Virus record (IMG/VR): IMGVR_UViG_3300045919_000097
Location: 900 to 64,899 of that record
Source: a virus
Lineage: Duplodnaviria; Caudoviricetes
DNA: 64,000 nt
Strand: one strand, 5' to 3'
Under the pieces are notes generated by a model that worked only from the letters and a program-made list of their open reading frames with translations, was not told the DNA's origin and made no database searches. Of this stretch, positions 37,832-47,024 are shown in pieces. Position numbers and translations under genes: made by a program. Within the stretch, counting starts at the first letter, position 1. Every line of letters starts with the position of its first letter.

Positions 37832-38849
37832 TGGAGCACTCTCATACCTGTTTGGTGCCAACCAGCCATCAAACGTAGATTCGTCTACTGCGGCCAGCAA
37901 TGGCTTGCCAACATGGTACCAGCAGTATCTGTCTGGGATTGCAGGCAAAGCCACACAGGTGGCTGGTGCACAGGACAACATGCCTATACCAGCACAATCT
38001 GTGGCTGGTTTCAATGGTGACCAGACCCAAGCTTTCCAGCAGGTCCGTGACAACCAAGGCTCGTGGCAACCGGCAATCAATGCGGCAACAGGAGCCGCAA
38101 GCAGCATTGTTCCAGGTGCTACCAACCTTGTTGGACAAGCTCAGTCTGCGGTGTCTGGACCTGCTCAGACGTGGGATACTACGCAAGCGCAGAAGTACAT
38201 GAGCCCCTACACTTCACAGGTGGTGGATAACATTCAACGTCTTGGCTTGAGGAACCTCAATGAGAATCTACTCCCAGCTGTGCAGGACCAATTTATTGGC
38301 TCTGGTCAATTTGGTTCCACCCGCAATTCAGACATCCTTGGTCGTACAGTTAGGGATGCCAATACAGACATCTCAGGGCAAGTTGGCAACGCACTCAACG
38401 CAGGGTACACCAACGCTCAAACAGCATTCACGAGCGACGCCAACCGGGCTCAGCAACAACAGCAACTCCAAGGGTCAACAGCACTACAAGGCGCAGGCGC
38501 ACTCACAACGGCAGGCGCGCAAGGGGCTACGACGCTAGGTGCACTTGGACAGACCACTCAGGCTCTTGGAAACACAGATGCTGCTACACTTAACGCATCT
38601 GGTACTCAGCAGCAAGCACTTGACCAGCAAGGTCTAAATACCAACTACACCAATGCAACAAATGCCAACAACTTTGACTGGAACAATCTGAACAACCTCA
38701 ATTCTGTTGTTCGTGGCCTTCAACTTCCTCAGACTGCGGTGCAAACCACAAACCAACCGGCAACACCTTCAAACGGTATGTACAGTGGTTCTGCAGTCTC
38801 TGGCATTGGTGCTTTGGCATCTACGTTCAATAACGGCAAAACTGCATAA
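37824..38849 (+). CDS. putative DNA-ejection (pilot) protein
   Basis: LPTWY, YMSPY...VVD, GQFGSTR; Gln/Ala/Gly-rich helices. Confidence 0.65.
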   Translation: MADGALSYLFGANQPSNVDSSTAASNGLPTWYQQYLSGIAGKATQVAGAQDNMPIPAQSVAGFNGDQTQAFQQVRDNQGSWQPAINAATGAASSIVPGATNLVGQAQSAVSGPAQTWDTTQAQKYMSPYTSQVVDNIQRLGLRNLNENLLPAVQDQFIGSGQFGSTRNSDILGRTVRDANTDISGQVGNALNAGYTNAQTAFTSDANRAQQQQQLQGSTALQGAGALTTAGAQGATTLGALGQTTQALGNTDAATLNASGTQQQALDQQGLNTNYTNATNANNFDWNNLNNLNSVVRGLQLPQTAVQTTNQPATPSNGMYSGSAVSGIGALASTFNNGKTA

Positions 38850-38857
38850 GGATCACT

Positions 38858-40447
38858 ATGGCTGATCAAGAAGAAGCAGGTGCACTTAGCACAGTTCCAG
38901 TAGGTTCATCTGGCGTTGGTACAGCCAGAGGTCTGGCTTACGGCGGAGGTGGCGGTCCCATGGATGGCATCACCGGTGCACTGTCTGCTGCAATGGATCC
39001 TGAGCGAGGAGCAGCTACTGAGCGCCAAGCATTCTGGGCAGGCATGACAGGACCCAACAGTGGTGGCATGTCAAGTGTCAGTAACGCCATGGAGTCTCAG
39101 CTTAAAGCTCGATTGGAGCAGGATAAGCTGCGTGCTGCATACGTTCCGCTGATCATGCAGAGCCTTGTGCAAAACCGTCAGAACGATCTGGCTTACGCAA
39201 AGTTTGCACAGGATCGAGCTGAGAAGACAACTCCTTTGATCAATTCAGCTTTGTACGGTCTGCAGGCCAATGGCAAGACGCCAACATTGCAAGAAGCCCA
39301 CCAACGCATCAAAGATGTTGGCTCTATGTTCAGCATGAGTCCGCAAGAATTGCTGTCCCACCACGTTGCACTCCAGCGCGGAGCTGGTGATGACGGTTCA
39401 AAGATTGGTGATTACCTGCAACAGTTGAGGGTTGCAGCAGCACCTGCGGCCGAAGGTGTGCCAAAGTTTGGTGTCAATGCAAGCGGCCAAACAACCGTGC
39501 AAAATACTATTGCAGGCACTGTCACAGAGCCAAACACTCCTCCAGGTGGTGGCGTCAACCCAACTAAAACATCGGTTGAAGTTGACAAGATGTACCGCCA
39601 AGATCCCGGCAAATACACCGAGGATCTCACGACGTCTGTTGGTGCTTACAACGACATCCTTCAACGTGGTAATGCCATCCAGGCAAACCTGAATGAATTC
39701 AACCCAGGCAAGTATGCTGGCCGAGTAGGCGGTATTGCAGCCGCAACCAAGGACCTTGCTACCAGGTTTCCAAATATTGCCACAAAGTATATCAATGATT
39801 ATGTGACTGCTTTGATGGGACCCAACGGCGACGGCAAAGACGCAAACCCACAAGCTGCCCAGCAATTTGCAGAAAGCTTGAAAGTCCAGGAAACGCTGGC
39901 TCAGTTGAAGTCGTCACTTGAAGGTGCTGGCCGCATCGGTCAGACTGAATTCCGGAACCTGAATGCATCTATGCTCAGCTCTGTGTCTGATCCAAAGGCG
40001 TTTGAGAAGTTCATGGACTACACGCGCGGACGTGCATCTAACATCACAAACAAACTGAAAGCTTGGGGCGAACATGCATCGACTCATGGTGATAATTTAT
40101 CTGTGCCTGCTTTCGAGATCCCATGGCAGGTCAATGAAGCCACGCAGCTGATTGGAAACAAAGACCAGAAGCCAGCGTTTGGCCAGTTGAACGTTCCTTT
40201 AGGAACTAGGAACCCAGCTGTTCCAAACCCACAAAATCCAGCTGTTGTACAACCACGTCCTCAGCCGCCTGTGCAAGAAGCACCAAAGGCTCCTCCAAAC
40301 ATTGACTTGTCTCAATATGAGCCAGGCACGCGTGTTGGCCCCACTGGTGTTCCTTACGTGATGGAAAACGGACAACCTCGGCCAGCACGTCAGCGCCAAG
40401 AACCAAAAGGCAGGACTTGGTCTGGCAAAATCATTGGTGAGAACTAA
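38858..40447 (+). CDS. putative ejection protein
   Basis: Helical Ala/Gly-rich protein in ejection-gene position. Confidence 0.6.
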   Translation: MADQEEAGALSTVPVGSSGVGTARGLAYGGGGGPMDGITGALSAAMDPERGAATERQAFWAGMTGPNSGGMSSVSNAMESQLKARLEQDKLRAAYVPLIMQSLVQNRQNDLAYAKFAQDRAEKTTPLINSALYGLQANGKTPTLQEAHQRIKDVGSMFSMSPQELLSHHVALQRGAGDDGSKIGDYLQQLRVAAAPAAEGVPKFGVNASGQTTVQNTIAGTVTEPNTPPGGGVNPTKTSVEVDKMYRQDPGKYTEDLTTSVGAYNDILQRGNAIQANLNEFNPGKYAGRVGGIAAATKDLATRFPNIATKYINDYVTALMGPNGDGKDANPQAAQQFAESLKVQETLAQLKSSLEGAGRIGQTEFRNLNASMLSSVSDPKAFEKFMDYTRGRASNITNKLKAWGEHASTHGDNLSVPAFEIPWQVNEATQLIGNKDQKPAFGQLNVPLGTRNPAVPNPQNPAVVQPRPQPPVQEAPKAPPNIDLSQYEPGTRVGPTGVPYVMENGQPRPARQRQEPKGRTWSGKIIGEN

Positions 40448-40450
40448 GCC

Positions 40451-42886
40451 ATGGATCTCAAACTTGAAGACCTGTCGCCAGAAGACAGGAAGGCTCTTCC
40501 ACACAATCATCCTCTGCTTGATGAGTATGCTGAGCGCATGGCTGCCAAGTACGGTGTTGATCCTGCACTTGTGCTTGGCATCAAGAACGTTGGTGAACGC
40601 TCTGAGTCTAACTCAGTCAGTTCTAAGAAGGCTCGTGGCGTCATGCAGACAATACCAGCCACGGCCAAAGCACTTGGTATTGTGGACCAGACAGATCCTG
40701 TCCAGTCCATTGAGGGCGGCGTCAAGCTCATATCCCAGCACAGCAAGCAGCTAGGTACGAGTGACCCCGCCGTTTTGGCGGCAGCTTACCACGCTGGCCC
40801 AGGTTCCAAAGCCGTGAAGTCTGGGGATTTCAGTGGAATGCCTAAGACTGAGGCTTACTCTCAACGGGTTGCTGACTACGTCAAGGCAAACCCTAAGACT
40901 GTACCAGCCCAACCGGCAGCTGAGCCATCTGAGACACCCTCTGATAAGCCAGGGATGACTAAATTGCCTGCTGGGATTACTATAGACGACCTCAATCCAG
41001 ACGACAAGATTGCATACATGAAGTCCTTCTACAAGGCCAATCCTGGAACGAGTCCCACAAGTGGAAACAGCTTTGGTGAGAATGCACTTATAGGTGCGGG
41101 TAAGTTCTTTTCCGATACCGGCTCAGGTCTCCGCCAGGTTGCTGCAAACGTGGTAAATCCAGTGACCCATGCTTTTGGCGGCAAGGATCTGCTTCCACAA
41201 GATTATGAAGGCGAAAAAGAACGGCGCGTCCAGGACGATGCACTCATGCGTACGTGGGGTGGCAACATGGGATACATGGGTGCTGCTGCAACGTCCTTGG
41301 CTCTACCGGGTGCTGGTGTTGCTAAGGGCGTGGGATCAGTTGTGAATCCAATTGCACGGTTGCTGACAAACCCAGTTGCTCGTGCAGCAGTTGCCAAGTA
41401 TGGAACCATTGCAGGTGCTGCTGGTGCATTGTCTACGCTGACACCAACCACAAGACCAGGTGAACGTACTGAGAACGCAGCTGTCGGTGCTGCACTTGGA
41501 CCTGTTGCAGACGTTGCACTTAGTGGCGGTGCAAACCTTGCTCGGCGCGGTATCAACTGGGTTGGAGACCACGTAAACCTTGGTCCTCTGCTTCGCCCTT
41601 CGTTCAATGCCCAGGCAACACCGGAAGCAAGGCAGGCAGTTGCTCGCGCAGCCATGAACGACGTGCCAGTATATCCACAGCAGTTGGACGCGCCAGGAAC
41701 CCAGCTTTCAGCTGGCCAGACTGCAGACCAGACGTCACGGCTGACGCGTGCAATGAATGCAACCCATGGATCTGAGTCTGATAATATCCCAGGCGCGTTG
41801 AACGATACCAGAGACCGTCTTAGTGACGTCTATCAGCAGATCTTTGGCAACCGTACCATCCCGCTGAACACACCATCTGGACCTGCACCGGCCAACGGCT
41901 TGCCGCCTCCTGGAGGCACTCAGTCTCCAAGCATGCTTGCACAACGGTTGATGCAGATCAGGGCACAATACCTGCAAGCTAAGCCTATGAGCACGCCAGA
42001 CCAAGGTCTGCTGCAGGACATTGACTCTGCTCTTGCCCATATCAACAACGGTGGTACCTTGTCGGGACGCCAGTATCAGAACTACCTACGTGACTACAAT
42101 TCTTCAGCGGCACGTGCTGCTCGTAGCTCCATCCAGAACAATGTGATGACTGGGTCTGCTGACCATGAAGCATCTGCAGCTTATGGCCAAATGCGTGATG
42201 CCTTAATGGACCACGCATCTCAATATATTCCTCAGTGGCATCAAGACGCATTCAGAACAGCCAACCGCCAATGGCGCAATATGGCAACGCTCCAGAAGTT
42301 GGCACCTGCTGACATCAATGCGGACTTTAATCCTACGACTGTGGCTCGTGCACTTCAGCGTACTCCAGGAGGTACGTACGATGCAACAGATCCTACGCTC
42401 CAAGATCTTGCTCGGTTTGGCACGTCGTTCATGGGTCTTGATGCTAACCAAGGCAAAAAAGGCATTTTTGATATTTTGAAATCCGGGGCAAAGAAAGCAG
42501 CTCCATTCATTGCTACTGGTCTTGGCGAAGGTGCATTGATTGCATCGAGTACAACTCATGAAGATGACGAAAGCCCATGGGTCAAGGTACTTAAAGCTTC
42601 GCTCTTGCCAGCTGGTTACATGGCAGCAGCAGCAGCTGGCCGAGGATCCTTGAACAAGCCAGTCACCTTGAACCAACTCAATGAGCCACGTGGTGCCCTT
42701 GCCGATCTTTCGCGAATCCTTCAGCTGGCTCCTGCTGTTGAAGGTGCTACTGCTGCCCACAGCAAAATGAATGATGATGGTGAGGAACTGGATGATGATG
42801 GATACGTTAAAGGCTACAATCCAAAGGATTCTGGAGCACCACGCATAGAGGTCCACGGCATCGGCAACAGAGGAGATGGACAATGA
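40451..42886 (+). CDS. ejection protein with N-terminal lytic transglycosylase (SLT) domain
   Basis: KYGVDPALV...GE...VSSKKARGVMQTIPATA...AAYHAGPG...TEAY. Confidence 0.85.
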   Translation: MDLKLEDLSPEDRKALPHNHPLLDEYAERMAAKYGVDPALVLGIKNVGERSESNSVSSKKARGVMQTIPATAKALGIVDQTDPVQSIEGGVKLISQHSKQLGTSDPAVLAAAYHAGPGSKAVKSGDFSGMPKTEAYSQRVADYVKANPKTVPAQPAAEPSETPSDKPGMTKLPAGITIDDLNPDDKIAYMKSFYKANPGTSPTSGNSFGENALIGAGKFFSDTGSGLRQVAANVVNPVTHAFGGKDLLPQDYEGEKERRVQDDALMRTWGGNMGYMGAAATSLALPGAGVAKGVGSVVNPIARLLTNPVARAAVAKYGTIAGAAGALSTLTPTTRPGERTENAAVGAALGPVADVALSGGANLARRGINWVGDHVNLGPLLRPSFNAQATPEARQAVARAAMNDVPVYPQQLDAPGTQLSAGQTADQTSRLTRAMNATHGSESDNIPGALNDTRDRLSDVYQQIFGNRTIPLNTPSGPAPANGLPPPGGTQSPSMLAQRLMQIRAQYLQAKPMSTPDQGLLQDIDSALAHINNGGTLSGRQYQNYLRDYNSSAARAARSSIQNNVMTGSADHEASAAYGQMRDALMDHASQYIPQWHQDAFRTANRQWRNMATLQKLAPADINADFNPTTVARALQRTPGGTYDATDPTLQDLARFGTSFMGLDANQGKKGIFDILKSGAKKAAPFIATGLGEGALIASSTTHEDDESPWVKVLKASLLPAGYMAAAAAGRGSLNKPVTLNQLNEPRGALADLSRILQLAPAVEGATAAHSKMNDDGEELDDDGYVKGYNPKDSGAPRIEVHGIGNRGDGQ

Positions 42887-44022
42887 GTGGCATTGTAGAT
42901 CTGTCGCGCCTTGCTCGTGAAGGCGGAGGTGCACTGGCCGAAGCCTACTCCAATCTGGGCCGCAAATGGACACCTGAATTGCAAGCCATCCAGAAGCGTG
43001 TTGGTGAGTTCTATCAAGGCCTTACCTCGGCCAACCCTGAGTACTTTGCAACGTCTAAGGAGATCCCCAAAGGCGCTGATCCAGAGATCATGCGGTTGCT
43101 AGCCAAGAAGCATGGGTTTGATCCTGATGAGTTCAAGTATGAACAAGGATCTGTGACGCATCGTCCCACCGGTACATCCATTGGGCCCACTGGTGACACT
43201 CCATTGCTTCTTGCAAAGCAAGCACAAGAAGCCCGTGATAAAGGACAAGAGTCCTTAGCTCGTAGCATCATTGACAAGCTCAGGTTTTCAAAAGTTGCCG
43301 GGATGGGACCATCTAGTGACTTTTTGAATGCAGACTTGATCGGTGCCGATTCAGGTACTGGCATGGCGCGGAAGCTTTATCCATTCTACTCAGATTGGCT
43401 GATGGCCCATCCAGGAACCGGGCTTGAGCAACAAGGTATTACGGGGTCTAACCTTCAGAAGAAGGCCATGTATCAACTTCAGCCATTGGAAAAGTATGGT
43501 GAAGGATTCATGAACCGTAGCGAATTTTCCCCAGGCCAACTTGATTCCAATTGGGGTCAGCACAACAACGTCAGCCGGTTGACTGGTTCAGATCTGCCAA
43601 CTCAAGTTGGTGCACTGAACATGGCTATTGGCAACAACACAAATGCCAAGATCCACACTTTGCTGCAGTCTGCGCACGATGAGCTTGGTTCTCGGCTCTT
43701 AGACACTGGTGCTGATACGCCAGAGTTCAAGGCCCTGCTAGCTAAGCTAGACAGAGCCAAGAACGCTGGACTGACCACAACGTCATTTCCATCGAGCAAC
43801 AATAACTTCCAAGACCTGTCTAGTATCATCAGAGACATCTCAGGAGAGCTCAAGATTGACCAGCCAGTTGGCTACGACAGCCTACGCCGCATGGGCATAA
43901 CTAACGACGTCCTGAGGAACCCAGATATGGTTCCCCAGGATATTCCTAGTGAGCTAACAAAGGGTCTTGCTCGGGCGAGAGGTGGGCTGGTGACCCAGTC
44001 TCGTACACCTCGCGGGCAGTAG
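42883..44022 (+). CDS. hypothetical putative virion cargo protein ending in RARGGLV
   Basis: Last late gene; ATGA-coupled; AGGAG RBS. Confidence 0.65.
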   Translation: MSGIVDLSRLAREGGGALAEAYSNLGRKWTPELQAIQKRVGEFYQGLTSANPEYFATSKEIPKGADPEIMRLLAKKHGFDPDEFKYEQGSVTHRPTGTSIGPTGDTPLLLAKQAQEARDKGQESLARSIIDKLRFSKVAGMGPSSDFLNADLIGADSGTGMARKLYPFYSDWLMAHPGTGLEQQGITGSNLQKKAMYQLQPLEKYGEGFMNRSEFSPGQLDSNWGQHNNVSRLTGSDLPTQVGALNMAIGNNTNAKIHTLLQSAHDELGSRLLDTGADTPEFKALLAKLDRAKNAGLTTTSFPSSNNNFQDLSSIIRDISGELKIDQPVGYDSLRRMGITNDVLRNPDMVPQDIPSELTKGLARARGGLVTQSRTPRGQ

Positions 44023-44821
44023 ACACAGTCCCAAGATGGAGCAAAACTGTCTTGCTTCCGTTGTAACCACCGGCCAAGTTAAACACAAGAGGTGTATCAT
44101 GAGACTTGCAATGCTCAAAGACCGTGTAGTCGCGCTCCTTCCAGTCAACGTCATTCAAGTATCCGGCACCGTACGGGTCATCTTTGTGAGAGTCCGCACC
44201 GGCTTGGTAAATCACAAGATCCCAAGCTTTCTTGCTCAGAGACTCTTTGAGCCGCTCTTGCGCACGTACAAAGTCGCCCGCCGTCGACGACCGGTCCAAA
44301 GAACATTGTTCTAGCCAGTCATTCCATCCATGGTGCTCAATCAGGTCTTGAGTGCCATCACCATAGTGGCCATCACCGTCAACAATCAAGACGTTGGCCA
44401 ATGGGTTCATTGATTTGACCGCAGATGCCGCAAGTGCCAAGCCGTTGAAAGTGCAGTATCCAGCTGAGTGTGCATAGTGAGCATGGTGGAAACCAGACAA
44501 AGGCGCAAAGACTGGTTGACGGGTTTGGGCAGCTACGACTGAGGCATGCGTCAAGATTGAACAAGACATCAGTGAGTGATCGTTGGCAACTGGGCTGAAA
44601 TCCCCGTAACCATTCATGATTTCTCCGCGCATAATGCCACGCACCAGTTCACGGTTATGGATGTTGCACAAAGCTTCAAGCGTTGAGATCTCGCCTTGGA
44701 CGTCTTGTGTAACGTCAAAGATCTTGTCAACGGCCAAGTTTGCCGCCAATTGGAAAACCTTAGAACCTTTTGACAGGTTGGTTGCGCCAGTGATAGCGCG
44801 TGGTGCTTTGTAAATGATCAT
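43946..44821 (-). CDS. histone deacetylase (HDAC)/acetylpolyamine amidohydrolase family Zn-dependent deacylase
   Basis: GFHHA...GYCTFN, LIVDGDGHYGDGT, YQAGADSHKDDP, LAGGY: charge-relay His pair, Zn ligands and catalytic Tyr all present. Confidence 0.9.
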   Translation of the reverse strand: MIIYKAPRAITGATNLSKGSKVFQLAANLAVDKIFDVTQDVQGEISTLEALCNIHNRELVRGIMRGEIMNGYGDFSPVANDHSLMSCSILTHASVVAAQTRQPVFAPLSGFHHAHYAHSAGYCTFNGLALAASAVKSMNPLANVLIVDGDGHYGDGTQDLIEHHGWNDWLEQCSLDRSSTAGDFVRAQERLKESLSKKAWDLVIYQAGADSHKDDPYGAGYLNDVDWKERDYTVFEHCKSHDTPLVFNLAGGYNGSKTVLLHLGTVSTAREVYETGSPAHLSPEQDPLLAH

Positions 44822-45336
44822 AATTGTATTCCAGGAATGTTGATTGTATACCTAAGATCATGTTGATCCCAGGAACGACCGGATCCTTCCCAAAGCGTTC
44901 TGGCTTCTGAATGAGGATACTCCTCAAGGAAAACGATCCGTTGGCATGATGTATTCAGCAGCAGCTTTGTACAGGTCATGCATGGGCTTGCTGTTACGTA
45001 AGCCGTGTGAATTGAATAAACGTCACGGCACTGAAGCAATGCATTCTGTTCAGCATGGATTGCTTGGCATCCATCAAGATTAGTACCACTAGGTGCGTGC
45101 GCAGCTGGGCAAGCATGTTGATAAACCAATCGCCTTGTGTTCTGAGTTGGATGGTCTTCCATCCCAGTTGGTTCATTACAATGAGGTTGCCCAGCAGCAA
45201 CGCCGTTGTACCCAGTAGCAAGCACGTGGCCGCGCTCGTTAAGCAGGACTGCTCCTACATTACGGCGCAGACACGTGGCACGTTCAGCAGTGACCACGGC
45301 TAATGCCATGGCCCATGAGTCACGACTAGGACGCAC
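44818..45336 (-). CDS. dCMP deaminase (ComEB/Dcd-like)
   Basis: TCLRRNVGAV, TGYNG, HAEQNA, SPCMTC; GTG start chosen. Confidence 0.9.
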   Translation of the reverse strand: MRPSRDSWAMALAVVTAERATCLRRNVGAVLLNERGHVLATGYNGVAAGQPHCNEPTGMEDHPTQNTRRLVYQHACPAAHAPSGTNLDGCQAIHAEQNALLQCRDVYSIHTAYVTASPCMTCTKLLLNTSCQRIVFLEEYPHSEARTLWEGSGRSWDQHDLRYTINIPGIQL

Positions 45337-46120
45337 GTTCCCACCACCGTTCTTTATCGCCGGGCGATGTTTCACGAAGCACACGGAGGCACTCCATCAG
45401 AACATCTTCGCTCTTGAACATGACAACCGGTGGCTCAACGCTCTGTGGGAAGTACATGGCCTTGCCATACTTCTCAACAATGGCCGTAGCTTCATCCCAT
45501 TGCTCTTGATAGAGATGAGACGATGCTGCGGTCACATACAACATCCCAGGATGCAACAACGTGCCATACTGTTCGCGGATCCGAGCGCAGATCTTGTATC
45601 CAAGCATTGTGAAGTTAAACACGTCATATGGAAGACCCAGCCATGCGTCAGACGACCTCATGAATACGTGAATATTCAGTTCATTGCCTTTGCGGATGGA
45701 TGCAGTGATTGCCACGGTACAAGGTACATCCTTGGTTGCCGGCGGGTTCTCTTTCCAGATTGTCATGCAAGCTTGGCGTGTATTGACATCGTCAACTAGC
45801 TTCCTGCAAACATAGTCAATCTGGGATTCAATGCGAGGACCGTAGGCACCAAAGAACGACTCACCGTTATCGCTGAAATCAGCAATGCGCTTGTTCCAAG
45901 GTGCAATATCATCCACCTTGTTACTGCCACTGAGGATCCAGTAGGCTTCAGCGGCCATGAACCGGTAACTGAGCTTGCGTTCAGGTATGGTAAGCACTGG
46001 CCACTTCATGTTGACTACCACCCTGTGATGAGGCAGCTCCAGCGTCTGCTTTCCGCGCGGACTTACCTTGTCACCAACAGCCATGATAGCAGCCAGTGTT
46101 TTGATCCATTCAAAGTTCAT
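45326..46120 (-). CDS. thymidylate synthase homologue, dCMP-type (methyl/hydroxymethyl transferase)
   Basis: SPRG, E.YWILSG, GAYGPR, TRQA, KDVPC, MRSSDAWLGLPYD (Asp at ThyA Asn177), SSHLY. Confidence 0.85.
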   Translation of the reverse strand: MNFEWIKTLAAIMAVGDKVSPRGKQTLELPHHRVVVNMKWPVLTIPERKLSYRFMAAEAYWILSGSNKVDDIAPWNKRIADFSDNGESFFGAYGPRIESQIDYVCRKLVDDVNTRQACMTIWKENPPATKDVPCTVAITASIRKGNELNIHVFMRSSDAWLGLPYDVFNFTMLGYKICARIREQYGTLLHPGMLYVTAASSHLYQEQWDEATAIVEKYGKAMYFPQSVEPPVVMFKSEDVLMECLRVLRETSPGDKERWWERAS

Positions 46121-46536
46121 TCGTCTTCATCCTTGATACGTGGATCCGCCAGGAAAAAACCGGCGTAGTTGATGATGTCAAGAGCAGTATCGTTCAATCC
46201 TTCAAAGTTAGAGGCTGAACCATCCATTTCTTTGCGGGTAAGTGATACGAAGCGCTCAGTCTTAGTATGCAGCATCTGTGCATAGCTAATGGTCCCAAAA
46301 GGGAAATAACCAGTGCGGTCAATCGTGTGCGGATCGCTTTGCCCATGGTTGTAGTCCTCACTCTTCTTGATGCAGAGCAGAGCAGCTGTGGCCAAAGCAC
46401 CGGGATGACCTCCGCGGCGCTGGAGTTCCAGCAGTAGCAACTTAGTGCCGTAGCCTTTGAGGTCGTCAATGGCATACTGAAATGTCTCACCGATATGAGA
46501 CACGCCTTCCGGCAATGGTGGTGTCATTCCAGCCAT
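46117..46536 (-). CDS. nucleotide-modification-associated domain 1 (DUF1599-like) protein
   Basis: KKSEDY...K..R...EGLNDTALDIINYA. Confidence 0.75.
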   Translation of the reverse strand: MAGMTPPLPEGVSHIGETFQYAIDDLKGYGTKLLLLELQRRGGHPGALATAALLCIKKSEDYNHGQSDPHTIDRTGYFPFGTISYAQMLHTKTERFVSLTRKEMDGSASNFEGLNDTALDIINYAGFFLADPRIKDEDE

Positions 46537-47024
46537 TACTTTGCCGCCCCATTTTGATCATACTTACCGTAGGCATTCAGCAGAGGCTGATTGTAGAAGG
46601 CGTTGAACTCTGCCCTGTCCAAAATCGCTTCAGTCTGAGGTGGGACCCAGCCAGGAGGCTTGCACACATCAATGTCAATGCCACGGGCAGTCTTGCCAAT
46701 GACTTTGGCCATGTTGGCACGTTGGACGTCCTGCCACAGATCTTCCCAAGGAAGACCCATCTCAATGGCAGTTCCCTTGGCAACGTAGACAAGGTCAATC
46801 AGTGCATCGGCCATGAGAGCCAAGTTGTTGTTGCCCTGAGCTTCCTTGAATTCATCCAGCTCTTCCTGCATGAACCGTATGCGTTCATGGACTCGCTGAG
46901 ACGTCACCAACCGCTGAGTCGGATGATTAGAGATTGGCTGCTTGAACTTCTCGTAAAAAGCGCGGACATCTTCCATCTCGTCATAGAAGAACATCCGCTT
47001 AATGAAGGTAAGTAGTTTTCTCAT
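46536..47024 (-). CDS. MazG-like / all-alpha NTP pyrophosphohydrolase
   Basis: QEELDEF...ADALIDLVYV..G...VQRANMAK...KPPGW.PP. Confidence 0.85.
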   Translation of the reverse strand: MRKLLTFIKRMFFYDEMEDVRAFYEKFKQPISNHPTQRLVTSQRVHERIRFMQEELDEFKEAQGNNNLALMADALIDLVYVAKGTAIEMGLPWEDLWQDVQRANMAKVIGKTARGIDIDVCKPPGWVPPQTEAILDRAEFNAFYNQPLLNAYGKYDQNGAAK

